In this document: positions 14,250 through 27,742 of the stretch, piece after piece
Numbering within the stretch: the first letter of the stretch is position 1
Layout: every line of letters begins with the position of its first letter
Source: Octopus bimaculoides
Taxonomy: Eukaryota
Direction of reading: 5' to 3'
DNA: 64,000 nucleotides
Assembly: GCF_001194135.2 (NCBI RefSeq)
Contig: NC_068990.1
Span: 45,209,915-45,273,914 of the forward strand
The notes under the pieces: generated by a model
The model's database searches: none
What the model saw: only the letters and a program-made list of their open reading frames with translations
What the model was told of the DNA's origin: nothing
Position numbers and translations under genes: made by a program

Positions 14250-14750
14250 GAGACTAACTCTTTGTAGACAAAGATCAGTTGCAATGGGAGGAGTTGAATC
14301 TCATAAGAATGGGAAAACAAACAACAAATGGATTGTACTTTATAATGAAACTCTTTTAAGAGCATTCAAGTGTCACTGCAACGTTGAAATCGTTCTCTCA
14401 GTGAGGTCAGTTAAGTACATCATCAAGTACTCTCTGAAAGGAAATGACCAAGCTGCTGCTCAAATAAACAATGAGAATGAAATTAATCAATATCTAACGG
14501 GTAGGTATATTGGACCATCCAAAGCAATTGCATCCATTTTAGGATTTTCAGTTTATGAAAGAACACCTGCAATAGTGAGACTGCAAGTTCATCTCCCAGA
14601 TGAACCAAGAAATAATGAAGATATATATGGCTGTCAATGAACAACATTGACAATTTTTTTCGTTGCACATCAGTGATGACTTTGAAAAAACATGACTTTA
14701 TGCTGAAGTACTCATGTATTTTACTTGAAACTCTATGACCAGAATTTAAC
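14250..14750 (+). mobile_element. Helitron Rep/helicase internal fragment (degenerate)
   Basis: NNKWIVLYNETLL...CNVE...SVKYIIKYSLKGNDQA...EINQYLTGRYIGPSKA...ILGFSVYERTPAIVRLQVHLPD follows the Helitron helicase-associated consensus (DNRWIVPYN...HINVE...IKY..KY..KG.D...RY....EA.WRI.GF.+H.R.P.V.RL.VHLP); continues TTLT..F with stops. Confidence 0.85.
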
Positions 14751-14760
14751 TTTTGTTTTA

Positions 14761-14798
<38 letters not shown>

Positions 14799-14936
14799 TT
14801 GTTACTAGTTGAGGAAATTACATGACTGCTATTCAAAATATGACTGTTTATGTAATGACAAAATGTTTAAAACTGCAAACCATAAATAACGAATCACTTT
14901 ATCTGTTTTTTTTTTGTTTTTTGTTTTTTTCTTTAG

Positions 14937-15062
14937 GAAAGGGATTGGAATGTGTGGAAATGTTTTTTGAATCTTTTCCCAAACCTATTACGAAATAAAA
15001 CTTTAGTTCTGTCTGAGAGAGGACAATTGATTGATTTGCTGTGCCACAGTCTCTGCAATTTA
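14937..15062 (+). CDS. TSC2: Tuberin exon w11
   Basis: Long T tract + TTTAG; ERDWNVWKCFLNLFPNLLRNKTLVLSERGQLIDLLCHSLCNL (TSC2 E.DW.V...L..LP..L..K.L); donor GTAAGT; 126 nt. Confidence 0.95.
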
Positions 15063-16377
15063 GTAAGTATTACTTTTTACCTCATTTGTACCAGTTTGGG
15101 GCCTGAAATATTCTTATTTTCACTAATATACATCACTTGCTTTCAAGACACACTTCTTTCTTCTATGTCATTTCATTGAGATTTGATTTATTTCTTATTT
15201 AGCAAAGTTTCACTCACCAACTCCATACTTCCATCATTAGTTCTCAGATGAACAGCTTCCTCTCTTTGCTTCTTTGTATTGCTACTACAACTGCATCTAA
15301 TTCCTCTACATGGTCACTTGACCTGCTAGAAATAGCCACCAAATCTCCTGTAAATCACACATCACATTTCTAGAAAAGAAGACATTGGATAGTGTGGTTG
15401 TAGGTTCCCTGCACATTGACAAAAAATCAATGGTCACAACTGGAATGCCTTTGTTTGGGGATGACCTGGGGCTAAACAGCAACAATCCCTGCTTGAAACC
15501 ACTTTATGAACCTCACTACTTTTCCTCTCGTAAATTTTGTATCTTGCCCAAGAAACCTCATACTAAGCACTTTCCCCAATCCTCTAATTGTATGTCTTTT
15601 CCATCTAGACCCTCTCTGTCACCTTCACTACTTTTCCTCCTCCTCCTCCTCCCACTATGTTTCTTCTCCTTCACTCTTACAATGTTTCTCTTCCTCTTTC
15701 ATCACTCTTGCTGTGTCTCCTCCATCATCCTCACTATGTTTGCCTTTCTCTCCTTCCAGATCCTGCATTAAACGCTTCATCCAATCTTTTCTAACAGCTT
15801 CAACTTAGCTCTGGAATTTCTTCTGCTCCATCAACCTACAGATGTTCAAATGAAGCATCAATTTTGCCAGTCAGTTGTGACCTACAAAGGCCATCAGCAC
15901 AACCTCTCCTCTCCTCACTGACTGGCTTACAAAAAAAGTGATTATGAAGTATACACACCACATGCTGTGATGTTATGGTTCTGTAACACTCACCGTATGG
16001 TGTTCAGGTGTTCAAACCCAAGACAAAGCTTAAAAATCTCACAAACAAAGCACACACACTGTATGTTGTGGCATTAAGTCTCTATAAGAGTTCAAATCTA
16101 TAAGGCAGGGCATGTGACTCTTTATCCTTTAGCTTGTCACATTGACATATTCTTCTCTCATTTCACACTTGAATAGTGAATAGTAAACATTCAATTATAA
16201 AATTTATTGTCTGAACAATATCCAAATGTATTAATTTGCATAATTGATTCCACCAATAGCAGCATGAAAATAATTGACAAAGGATCCTTTATGTAGTCGC
16301 TCAACCTGCTTGAAATAATAGCCAAATCTCCTTTAAATCACACCCTATGTACTTAAAAAGAAAGAGATACATTAAAC

Positions 16378-16634
16378 CAGTGGTTCTCAACTAGGGTTCA
16401 CATGACCCTTGGGGCTGGAGGTCCACATAACATTTTGCTCTTAAAAATTTATGTGCAATAAATTGGCTATATTTCTATAATACAGAAAATGTTTTTAGAA
16501 TTTTTTATACAATTCCTAATAATATTTGATTATAGAAATGTAATAAGATTTTTTTAAAAACACTGAACACATATGAGGATCCAGTAGAATAGGAATCAAA
16601 GGGTCCATAGGCGAAAAATGGTTGAGAACCACTA
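16378..16634. mobile_element. hAT-type MITE
   Basis: TIRs CAGTGGTTCTCAAC / GTTGAGAACCACTA; 8-bp flanks CATTAAAC / CATTTGAT match 5 of 8 (decayed TSD); interrupts another dispersed repeat. Confidence 0.75.
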
Positions 16635-17096
16635 CATTTGATGATGTAGTAAGATATACAATATGGTTTATAGAAAAGGCAGGATGTTCATTGCTAGAAT
16701 GTCTTTGATGTTCTTTGCTAAATTGTCACAACATGGCTGTGTAGTTTATGAAACTTACTTTCCAACCATGTGGTCTCAGGTTCAATTCCACTGTGCAGTA
16801 CTTTGGGTAATTGTCTTCTACTATGGACCCAGGACAACCAAAGCCTTGTGAGGATTTGGGAGAAAAACTCTGTGTGTGGGTGTGCATGTACCCTTGTCCT
16901 GATACCTCTTTATTTTAATTAATTTTTATTTTAAATATTTTTTTTTACAGAACAGAAATTTACTTTATAAAAAAGGACAATGATAAAACATCTTATTTTT
17001 TAAAATTCAAACTGTTTTATTTAAATATTAATTTTTATACAGTTGCTATTCAATATCTTCACTATTGTTCCATTTCAAACTGTTTTTTGTTCTTAG

Positions 17097-17237
17097 ATCA
17101 CAGACCGTAATCTGGGTTTACCTAGAAAATTAATAAAAAGCCCGTCCAAGTTTACTACATCTGATTTCCAAGCTGCGGTATTTCCTGTCCTCAGTGCCAT
17201 AGTAACTTACCAGAGTGATTTACAAAGATCTCGACAG
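17097..17237 (+). CDS. TSC2: Tuberin exon w12
   Basis: CTTAG acceptor; ITDRNLGLPRKLIKSPSKFTTSDFQAAVFPVLSAIVTYQSDLQRSRQ; donor CAG|GTATAT; 141 nt. Confidence 0.94.
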
Positions 17238-17691
17238 GTATATATGTATTAACAGAAAATCTTTCTCTCACTGTTACCTGCATTCTTTTCTTTCTCACCA
17301 TACATACCTTATTTCTGTGATTATTTTCTATCTTTCTTTATTTCTTTATAAGTAACCAGAAAGGTTCGCATTGCATTATCTTTTGATACTTATGATAAAG
17401 GCAGATTAAAGAAAAGATCCTGGAAGATGTAGTTACAACAAAAGTTAGGCTTGAGACCTATCTTATTTCATTATGAGAAAAGCAATAGATATGTAGCTTT
17501 CTCACCAATGTTTATATCCTTTGCTCATCCCTTACACACACATATATATATACATGGACATGGCTGTGTGGTTAAGAAGCTTGCATAGTTTAGTTCCACT
17601 ACACAGCACTGTAGGCAAGTACCTTCTACTATAACCTTGGGCTGACCAAATCCTTATGAGTGGATTTGGTCAACAGAAATGTAAAGAAACC

Positions 17692-17752
<61 letters not shown>

Positions 17753-18248
17753 GTGTGTCTCTTTGGCCTGACATCACATGATGGTTCTAATTGAATAGTG
17801 GTTTCAAATTTTGGCACAAGGCCAGATATTTTGAGGGAGTGAGTTAGTCAATTACATTGACCCCAGTGTTTAACTGGTACTTATTTTATCGAGTTCTTAT
17901 TGAATATTACCATCATACAAGTAATGATGTATGTTTTCAGTCTTCCATGAAAAACATATCAGGCGAAAGGGAAATATTAGCTTGCATAGGAAAAGTTGAG
18001 GGTTGATGACTGGAAAGGCATCCAATAGTAGAAAATCTGCCTCAGTGTCTTCTGTATGACTCATGGAAATGTGAGCATTAAAATTATGATGATGACAGGG
18101 TACATTACTACATAATGTCTATTTATTAAAGCCCACTTACAACATATTGGCCAATCTAAGGCTATGGTAGAAAAGTGAGAGAGAGAGAGAAATTTTATTT
18201 CATTTGGTTATTTGTCAATTTTTAATATCCATTTTCTTTCAATTACAG

Positions 18249-18438
18249 ATGGAATTAATAAACTGCTTTAAGATAGGTCTGGTGTCAAGGTGTCCTCAGC
18301 TGTGTATGAATGCACTTCGAATGTGTGCCTTTGAGATGCCTGATGCCATGACAAGGTTTCTCCCAGATATCATCCTTTCTCTCAGTAAAATTTCTTCCAC
18401 TATCTATATGGGAATTCCTGTACTTACCTTTTTATCAA
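18249..18438 (+). CDS. TSC2: Tuberin exon w13
   Basis: TACAG acceptor; MELINCFKIGLVSRCPQLCMNALRMCAFEMPDAMTRFLPDIILSLSKISSTIYMGIPVLTFLS; donor GTAAGT; 190 nt, phase 0/1. Confidence 0.96.
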
Positions 18439-18476
18439 GTAAGTAGAACATCTCAACATTTCCTCTCAGAATTAGT

Positions 18477-18518
<42 letters not shown>

Positions 18519-20281
18519 GTGTGTTGTATTGTGTGCGTGTGTGCACATATGTATACACACATATATCCACATGTGCACACACATATATCCACACATGCAC
18601 ACACTCATACAGACACATATGTATAAACACATACATACATATGTGTGTGGGGTGGAAGATATTCTCTCAAAATCTTGACATTCTGGTTTGAAAAATGACA
18701 TGCTTTTGAATATAGATTACTCTGGAATGTATTGATTGATAGCAGATGTCATATTGATTTATAAGTTATTGTTTTTTTTGAATAAGCATAGTTTCAAATT
18801 TTTTGATTTTCACACTTCCTCCATGACAATTAATAATAGTATTAGCAAAGTGAAATTGGTTCATCTTTGTATTAAAACTGTTTGTATAAACAACACACTG
18901 GATCTAGCATCTCACTCTGCAGTGTTCACTATTTCCTACCAGGATATTGCAAAGTATGTAGACAACTCATAGCAGCATATTGATGATAATAATAGTAATA
19001 TATGTATAATGATAGTATGTGAGGACACGTGGCTTAGGGGTTAGGGTGTTGCACTCGTGATTGCAATTTCAATTCCTAGACTAAGTGGTGCATTGTGTTC
19101 TTGTGCAAAAACACTTCCTCTCATGTTGCTCTGTGATCACTTCAACACCTGACGTATGGTACACCATGCACCTGTTCAGGCAATGTTGATTTGACAGAGA
19201 GAGAAACTAATGTATGGCACATACATTTGATACTATAAACAAATCATTTGTGCAGGTTGTTCGGCAAATGCTCATACGTCATCTTCAACAGGAGAGTTCA
19301 TCATTAACTATAATTGTTTTCATTGACAACCCTCAATTTGGGTACTAAATCATTGATACTGTGGTGTTAAACTCAAGTGATGGCCCACATATATGATGTT
19401 GAACTATGAATCAATGACTGTCATTTGCTGTATTGCACTAAGTTCTGTGGTGATAACTCTGATGTATGAATGTTCTACAGTATAAAACTAAATTAATAGT
19501 GACTTGCTGTTTCCATCAATACTGCCTTCAGTACAATTCTCAAAGGTGACACTTTCTCCTAAATTCAGCTGTGTTCCTCAAAATTCTATGATGCAGAATA
19601 CAACCTACACTCAAGAAGCATAACTAACCTACACCTAGAACTACTCACTGGATAATGTGCCAAAGGGACTCACTTGGAGAGATTCAAGGACTCTTTGGAA
19701 CAGTTCCTTAATGCATGTGCGGCATACAGGCAACCATCCAGTCATTTTGTGATACACTGCTATCAGATAATTTTCCTCTTAAGAAAGACCAAAAGACTAT
19801 CCATGAGAAGTGGTGACTTAAATAGAATTGGAATTCTGTTAAGGATATTGATGATGATACCAACCCCACCACCAACTGAATACTTATCCACAAAGACCGT
19901 TTTCTTCCTCTATGAGGCCTGTGCTTCTTTGAAAGATAATTCCTGTTGCTAGATGATGTCAAGAAAAACCTTGATTCTTTTATTTCTTTTAATGGCTGCT
20001 AGTCAGCATAATTAGTAAAGTGTTGGACAAAATACATTGTGTTCAGAAGTTTACTTTGGCTTTTAACCATCTGAGGTCAATAAAATAAGTATCAATTGAT
20101 GAAATAAGTACTGACATTAATATATTCAACTATAGCTGAGAAGGCAGTACTCTGTCATAGTCATGGCCAAAAAACTGAAACCAGAGAATAAGAAATAGGA
20201 AGAAGTACCAAATAAAGCAGTGTATTACAAGCAGTGGGAGCAGAGAAAAGAATGTTGTAACTTCCACAGCAACTAACACTA

Positions 20282-20502
20282 TGAAGGGGTCCTGAAATGT
20301 TCCTGGCTTTGGATAAAAAAAGAAAATGCAAGAGGATCAATTAATTATGATTTTATTTAACATATTCCCTGCCTCAGATTCACACACTTTTTGCAACAGC
20401 CTTTCAGTTTTTCTAAGCCCTGTAAAAGAATTCAGGAGTTTGGGCTTCCAACCAGGCCTTTTGTGATACCCTTAAAGCCAAATACTTTTCAGCATCCCCT
20501 CA
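20282..20502. mobile_element. mariner-derived MITE (~220 bp)
   Basis: ~29-bp imperfect TIRs (TGAAGGGGTCCTGAAATGTTCCTGGCTTT / AAAGCCAAATACTTTTCAGCATCCCCTCA) each flanked by TA. Confidence 0.85.
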
Positions 20503-20597
20503 TAAGCTTCGTTATGATTTAATTAGATTTCTATTTTAATTTGTGTATGCCAATTTAAAGCTGATATTTTCAATTTCTTTTTCTTTTCTTTTCACAG

Positions 20598-20691
20598 CAA
20601 TTGTTCGTTTTCCTAATCTGTATATGAGTTTTACTTCTGACCAGTATTTGAGCATTTTTGCTATTGCAATGCCTTATACAAATCCCTTTAA
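20598..20691 (+). CDS. TSC2: Tuberin exon w14
   Basis: CACAG acceptor; (T)IVRFPNLYMSFTSDQYLSIFAIAMPYTNPF(K), matching TSC2 FAI.LPYTNP.K; donor GTAAGT; 94 nt. Confidence 0.96.
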
Positions 20692-21653
20692 GTAAGTTTT
20701 ATCCATCTCTTACATTTTTGTAAAGTTTGATATATCATTATTTCAATTTAAATCTAATCATCAATTAGTTTTAAAAATTGTCTAGAAATGCTGATGTAAA
20801 TGATAGAAAATACATTGACTTCATTTTTCTGGTGAAACTATTTCTGTTGATTTGGAAATTAATCCCACTTTACTAGTTATGAATTCTATTTTGTAAGTAA
20901 CCACACAGTTGTTTCAGGTTCTGTCATACAATGTGGCACCTTGGGCACCTCAGACTGACCAATGCTTTGTGAGTGAAGTTTGGTTGATGGAAACTGTATG
21001 GAAGCACTTTGTAATATATTTGTATATGTGTATGTATGTGTAAGCATGCATGCATGTTTGCATTAGTATTTGTTTCTATGTGTTTCAGACTGACACTGAG
21101 CAATGCTGCTTTGTTTCCATCTATAAACTATACAGACTTCTGTTCAGTAATTTTGTTGGTTTCTGTGTGAGGCCCATAGGAATAAAAAATTTCCTTACTT
21201 GAAAAAACAAAAACAAAAAAACAAGTAAAGGTCGGCAACAGGAAAAGCATCAAGCTATAGAGTACTGTCTAAATAAATCTTAACCCATGCTAACAGGGAA
21301 AGAGTGGACATAAAAAAAAAAACATTGGTTACTTTGACAAGTAAGGGGGTAAAAATAAGATCTCTCTCAATGTCTCCCCATATAACACTTATGTCCCTCT
21401 TTAGTGAGAGCAATAATCCTTGTGCTTTTCACATTCAACCGTCCTATTATATCGGTTATTAATTTCTATTAAATCTCTGTACTCCCAATTGCAATTGTTG
21501 TTTTCCACATTTCTTGTAGTCTTTTCATTCCCTGCAATAGTTAATTTTATTTATTGTTTTTTGTTGTTTTTTTTTTCAGTTACATCTACAACAGTTTGCT
21601 GTATAATTTTGATTGTAATTTAATTCCTCTTTATTTTATCTTTACTTGATTAG

Positions 21654-21756
21654 ATTCAGTCATTTTATGGTCTCATTAGCATATCATGTGATAGCTGCTT
21701 GGTTTACTCACTGTCGGGTTGAGTGGAGGTGGCATTTTGTAAAGTATGTCCAGAAA
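21654..21756 (+). CDS. TSC2: Tuberin exon w15
   Basis: ATTAG acceptor; FSHFMVSLAYHVIAAWFTHCRVEWRWHFVKYVQK (TSC2 LAHHVIAMWFIRCR); donor GTAAGT; 103 nt. Confidence 0.96.
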
Positions 21757-22030
21757 GTAAGTTGATAGTTCTTTTCCAATTAAATAATTTAATAATAATG
21801 AAGATGATGATGATGTTGATGATATATCCAAAATATAGATCTGACTAAATTATTGATTAACTTAATTGTTCTTAATGAGATAGACGGTAATACGTAGGTA
21901 AATGATCTATGTAGTAACAAATTTTTGAATTTGTAAGAAAAAAATTCTCATAAATAATTCCTATTACCTTAGAATTTAAATTTCAATAAAATTTGTTTTT
22001 TAATTATAATTTTGTGCTTGTGTTTTGTAG

Positions 22031-22173
22031 AGTTTGAGTAGATATGTACAGCAAGAATTTGAAGAAAATGCCAAGCAAAGATTAAAGAACTGTGATACTA
22101 GTCACAGCCCAGGGAGCAGTAACAGTGCCATCCGAGCTCGTGCAGGAAGTTGTGAATCTGCAGATAAAACAAG
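22031..22173 (+). CDS. TSC2: Tuberin exon w16 (contains RxRxxS motif)
   Basis: TGTAG acceptor; SLSRYVQQEFEENAKQRLKNCDTSHSPGSSNSAIRARAGSCESADKT(R); donor AG|GTAAGA; 143 nt. Confidence 0.92.
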
Positions 22174-24182
22174 GTAAGATTTATATTATCTGCAAGAAAA
22201 GCTTTAACGGATATTTAACATTGATGAATCATCCTATGAGCTGTTAGGCCATTAAGGCATCATGACTGACTTTGTCTTGGCAGGCTTCACTGTGTGGGTG
22301 GTTAAGAAGTTCATTTTACAACCACATTGTCCAGGGTTCATTCCCACTGTGTGATACCTCAAGCAAGTGTCTTCTAACATAGACTTGGGTTGTTTCATAC
22401 CTCGTGAGTGAAATTTGATGTAAGCAGTTTGGAAGACTATTGAAGATTAAAATATATATGTGTGAATATATATATACATGCACACACACACACATATTCA
22501 TTCATTCATTCATTCATTCATGACGGTGCATGGCTTAGTGGTTAGGGTGTTGCAGTCAAGTTGGCAAGATCATGGTTTCGATCTCCACACTGGGCATTGT
22601 GTTGTCTTCTTGAGCGAAACACTGCATTTCACATTGCTCTGCAATCATCTCATCATCTAACATGTGGCACATCATATACCTGTAAGGGTATTGACAATGT
22701 GATAGAGGGAGCAGGCTTATGTGAACACAAACATTTGATCACTATAAACAAATCATCTGTGTGGTTGTTCAGCAAGAAATTGCAGAGCCTGCATATATCA
22801 TCTTATGACGGGAGAGTCCATGATATAGATATATAGATAGAGTGAGAGAGAGATATATATAAAAGAGTTGAATTAAGTCCTGTTCTAATGAAACACTCAT
22901 CAATTTTACAGTGCTACTACTGTTTACATTAATAACCTATTTCTACCCCTTGAGGCACATCCACTAAGTGGTTTGGGTCATTTGAGAGTTAAATATGTCT
23001 GTCTCATTGCTCAGTATTGAAAAATTAACGGTACAATCCTCATACAGGAATGGTAAATCTGTGACTGCAGGTATGGCAGCATGGTTCAGAAGTTCAGTTT
23101 GCAATCATGGGATCCTGGTTTTAACCCCACTGTGTAGCATCTTGGACAAGTTTGTTTACCATAGCCTCATGTTGACTCAAGCCTTGCAAGTGAATTATGG
23201 ATAGATGGAAACTGTGTAGAAGCCTGTTGGTTGAATTGTATCTTTAATTTAAAAGTCGAGCTGTCACACTGATTTGGTTTGAGAATTACATCAAGTGTAT
23301 TCATGCCTGTGGAATATTCTACCGCTTGTATGTTAATCTAATTAGCCATTTAGCTAATCAGACAACTGAATGTTCATTTCCAAAACTGACTGAACTTCCA
23401 TCAGTGACCGACATCATCATCATCATCATTTAACATTTTCGTTCCATATTGGCATGGTTTGACAGGAGCTGGCAAGTCAGAAAACTGTGCGAAGCTCTAC
23501 TATGGCATGGTTTCTACAGTTGGATGCCCTTCCTAATGCCAACCACTTTATAGAGTGTACTGTGTACTTTTTACATGGCATCAGCAGCAGTGAGGTCACC
23601 AGATAATTTATAAGCCAAGACCCCTCAGCTATAAGAAAATATATATAATAGCAATAAATTTTAAAATAGAAGAAATTTAAATAATTAAGATTATACATAG
23701 GTGCAGGAATGATCATGTGGTTAAAAAGTTTGCCTTGGAACAATGTGGTTTGGGGCTCATTCCCATTATACTGCATCTTTAGCAAGTGCCTTCTACTATA
23801 GCCTTGGGCCAAGCTTTGCCTTGTAGATGCAAACTGTTTGGGAGCCCATCATACATATATGTATGTGTATTTTTGTATTTGTTTGTCACTGCTTGACAAC
23901 CAATGTTGTAACCTTGCTTTTGGCAAAAGAGATTGATAGAATAAGTACTAAACTTATAAGAATAAGTACGGGCTGATTTGTTTGACTAAAACCCTTCAAG
24001 GTAGTGCCCCCACTTGGCTGCAGTCCATCAATTGAAACAAGTAAAAGAATAAAAGTGTATTTTTATTTCCTGTATTAACTCTCTAAATAAAAATGAAATG
24101 GAAGAAAAAAAAGCAAATTATTGATTTATGTTGAATAATTAGATACATATTAGTTTTCTCATTCCTTTCTGCTTGTAAACAG

Positions 24183-24335
24183 GCGGCGTTTTAAATATGG
24201 ATCGTCTTTACAAGAGTCTTCAACTAACCTGCCTATCAATGAGAAAACGTACCAGTTTCACATGGAGTTAACTGAAACCTGTGTAGATATGATGAGTCGC
24301 TATACTCATGCAAATTTTGCTGCTGTCCCCAAAAG
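24183..24335 (+). CDS. TSC2: Tuberin exon w17
   Basis: AACAG acceptor; [50 protein letters not shown](R) (TSC2 HLELTETCLDMMARY); donor AG|GTATGG; 153 nt. Confidence 0.96.
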
Positions 24336-25890
24336 GTATGGCTTTCAATTACATTTTACTCATTAGCATTTAAACTGGCTGTATTCAGCCCAAATATTCT
24401 AGATCCAGTCTCACATGTGCACTAAAATATCATTCTAAAAATAAACAATATCATTAAAATATTGAAACTGTGAGATAATGCATAATTAACCCTTGTGTAA
24501 TCATATTTCTGTTGAACTACATTGCTTTGTTGCAATTAATTTTGAAATTAATGAAGAATTTAGTGAAAACTCTGTCATTATTAAGCTTATTAAATTAATA
24601 TGGAACTTAACAAAAAGTTTTAATTTAGATAGCTTTAAAACATGAAATTTATATCTTGGAACCATAAGTGGTCTTGGTCAAGTTGGTATCAAAAGAATTG
24701 ATTTGAAACAATGTTATATAAACATTACATCTGACAGTAATCTAAATATTAAATGATTAAAATAACTTAACCATCATTCACAGGTATGAATGGCATGGTT
24801 TCATGTACTATGCTGATTGTTTGAAGTACCAATTTAATTGTAGCAGACATAAAGACCTTCTCAGCTCTCTCACGCTTGATCCAGGAGCAAAACATCAATG
24901 TTGTAACTGATGAAGGAGAGAGAAACCTGCACTAGAACTCAGCTGGTACTCATGTTCACCTGAGTAGATTGGAGCAACATGAAATGATGTGTCTTGCTTG
25001 AGATCATGATGCATTGCCCAGTCCAGGAATCAAACTTACCTACCTTATGATCATGATCCCAACATCCTAATCCCCCTTAAGCATATTTATAACTGGTCAA
25101 ATTCCAAATATGGTCTGACTTGATTTTATATCATGCCTTTTGTGAACAATATACAGGGGATTGGATTTAGATTTCTATTTAGTCCTTCACTGTGTGTGAT
25201 AAAGGAATGTCCTGGTAGCAATAAATGACATGGGGTATTTCTTCCATTACACCTACTCAAAAACAATTTAATGGTTGTAATGACCATCCTCCTCTTTCTC
25301 ATCATCACCACCATCATTACCATTGTAAGCTAATTAGAGAAGTGTTTCATGGTCATTTAACCTTCTAGAAATGGCATCCAAATCTCCTTCAATTCTCATG
25401 CCATTATCTTAAAGAATGACACATTCCCCAGTAATATAAAAACAAAAGATAGAATGACCATGGCTAATATGCTTTTGACCTGGAGTTAAACTTCATCATC
25501 ATCATTATCCTTACTAACATTGTATCGTTATTAAAAAGAGGTTGTGTAGGTTGGAAAAAGTAGAGCAGACCAAACATTTTGCTGAGTTTAATTATATTTC
25601 TTCATATTCTCAGTTCAAATTTTTCAAGGGCGGAGAAAAAGAGAGGTTTACTTTGTCTCTCATCCTTTTTGGGTTGATAAAGTTAATACCAGTCTAAATA
25701 TTGTCATCAATTAAACTGATCAGACCACTTTTTCTTAAATTCATATATTTATTTTGTGTGTGTACCAAAGTTAGAAATTGCTGTTTTAAAAGTTGCCCAA
25801 AATTTGCCATTGAAACTATTAACTATTACAAAAAAAATAAATTGTCATGTTTTATTTATTGACATTTTCCTGTTTTGATATTTTTTTCAG

Positions 25891-26324
25891 ACCACCTTTG
25901 ATAGAATTTTTACTTGCCGGTGGTCGCTCAAAATCCTGGCTTGTTGGACACAAGATCATTTCCATCACCACAAGTGGTGGCGGTAAGAAAGTTGGTTCAC
26001 TTGGAGTTTGTGAAAAATGTATCATGTTGTACAGGCAAGCTTGGGAAGACAGTTCAGCAAAGAAAGCCAAACAGACAGCTAAAGAGAAACAGCGTCATAA
26101 ATTGGCTGGATTATACACACGTAGCAACAGTCACATTGAGCAGACACATCATAACACACACAATAGCAATGGGTCAGAAGATATAGTGGGAGAAAAGAAA
26201 CGAGCGGTAGACGACATGGGGTTGCTGGATTCAGACCAGTCTGTTTTTTTAGACGAAAACGATCCTTTGGTTGAAAACCAGAATATGAAAACTTTTTTTC
26301 AATCTAGTCCACATATCCTTCCAG
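25891..26324 (+). CDS. TSC2: Tuberin exon w18
   Basis: TTTCAG acceptor; [31 protein letters not shown]... (TSC2 [24 protein letters not shown]) then a divergent insert; donor CAG|GTAAGT; 434 nt, phase 2/1. Confidence 0.95.
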
Positions 26325-27019
26325 GTAAGTTGAATTCATAGACTTTTCATTCAAGAAACATTAGTGAAGTAATTTTTAATTAAAAAAAAATTTTTCTTCA
26401 TATTTAGTTTATGTTGCTTTGTTTCGTGAGTTCAAAAGCACATTAGGAGTTAACTTTATCTTCTTTTTTGTTATCTTTCTGGGATTGATAAAGTAAGTAC
26501 CTGTAATACAGTAGAAGGAGGGGGGGGGGTAATTCAGTTGACTATATCTACCCACCTTCAAGCACCAAGAAATGTGTAGCTGGATTGACACAACCATTAG
26601 AACATTAGGCAAAATGTTTCGTGGTATTTGTTCTAGCTCTTTACATTCTAAGTTCAAACCCTGCCAAGATCAATTTTGTCTTTCATCCTTTTGGGGTCAA
26701 TGATATCAACTAGTACCCTATCATCAAAATTGATGGCCTTGTGCTTAGTGGTATTTCGTCCATCTTTACATTCTGAGTTCAAATTCCACCGAGGTTGACT
26801 TTGCTTTTCATCTTTTTGGGGTTTATAAATTAAGTATCAGTGAAACACTGGGGTCAATGTAATCGACTAGCCCCCTCCCACAAAATTTCAGGCCTTGTGC
26901 CTATAGTAGAATGGATTATTATTTTTGTTCACTTCTGATTTATCTATGTGCTGTCTCAGCTCCATCTCACAGTCTAGAGACACAGCACTTTCCTCAACAC
27001 ATGGGCTGTCCCAAGTATT

Positions 27020-27490
27020 GCTGCTGTCTGAATGCTTCCTAAGAAGTTTGGTATTTGCAGCTTTTGGTGCCAGAATATTACTCTTTTCAATATGGTTCCC
27101 AAGTACATCAATCAGAATAGGTACCACACTCACTTTTGAGCTTCAATAGATTCTTTTCATTTCCAATCTTGGTACTTCTTGCCTTTCTTGTCCTCTGTTT
27201 TAATATTTTGGTCTGCAGGTATAGCTACATTGATGTGAGTCCATTCTTTGGACTCTTGCAGTAGAAGAGTGATATCTGGTTGGTTATGATGCAACTTTTT
27301 GTGTGTATATATTGGCATATCCCATGTAAGTCTCTGCTACTGGTAAAAGTTGGTGCTTATACCACTTGTTAGAACATTCTAACCCATATTTCTTGTACAA
27401 TTCCTAGTGTATTCACACTACTACTTTGTGATAGCATTTTTTGTATTCTTTTTTGGGTAGTTTGAGCATCCACTAATTATATTCTAACTA
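27020..27490 (-). mobile_element. R4/Dong-like non-LTR element, restriction-like endonuclease (RLE) remnant
   Basis: Minus-strand pieces IISGC..., WDMPIYTHKKLHHNQPDITLL, NVAIPADQNI, KKYQD, VVPILIDVLG follow the RLE pattern (HI.SGC, NRPD, D.A.P.D.N, KY, V.P.VIG.LG); multiple stops and frameshifts. Confidence 0.75.
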
Positions 27491-27742
27491 TCGTATTATT
27501 ATTATTATTATTATTATTATCATCAATGTAAAGTCCATCTTCCAAGCTGGTATGTGTTGGACGATTCAACAGGAGCTGCTAAGCTTGAGTACTGCACCTA
27601 GCTTCACTGTCTGCTTTGGCATGGTTTATATGGCTGGATGTCCTTCCTAATGCCAACCACTTTAAAGAGTGGACTGGGTGCTTTCTATATAACACCAGCA
27701 TGTAAAGTAATAATAATTATTTATTTACTTATTTGTTTCCAG

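Noticed and set aside
15780-15930. Possible CR1/L2-like LINE 3' remnants here and near 19560-19760
   Set aside because: Only faint peptide resemblance; too degraded to call by eye.
17353-17363. Possible 11-nt microexon after a strong pyrimidine tract
   Set aside because: AAG acceptor, poor donor (GTTCGC), and it would shift the frame.
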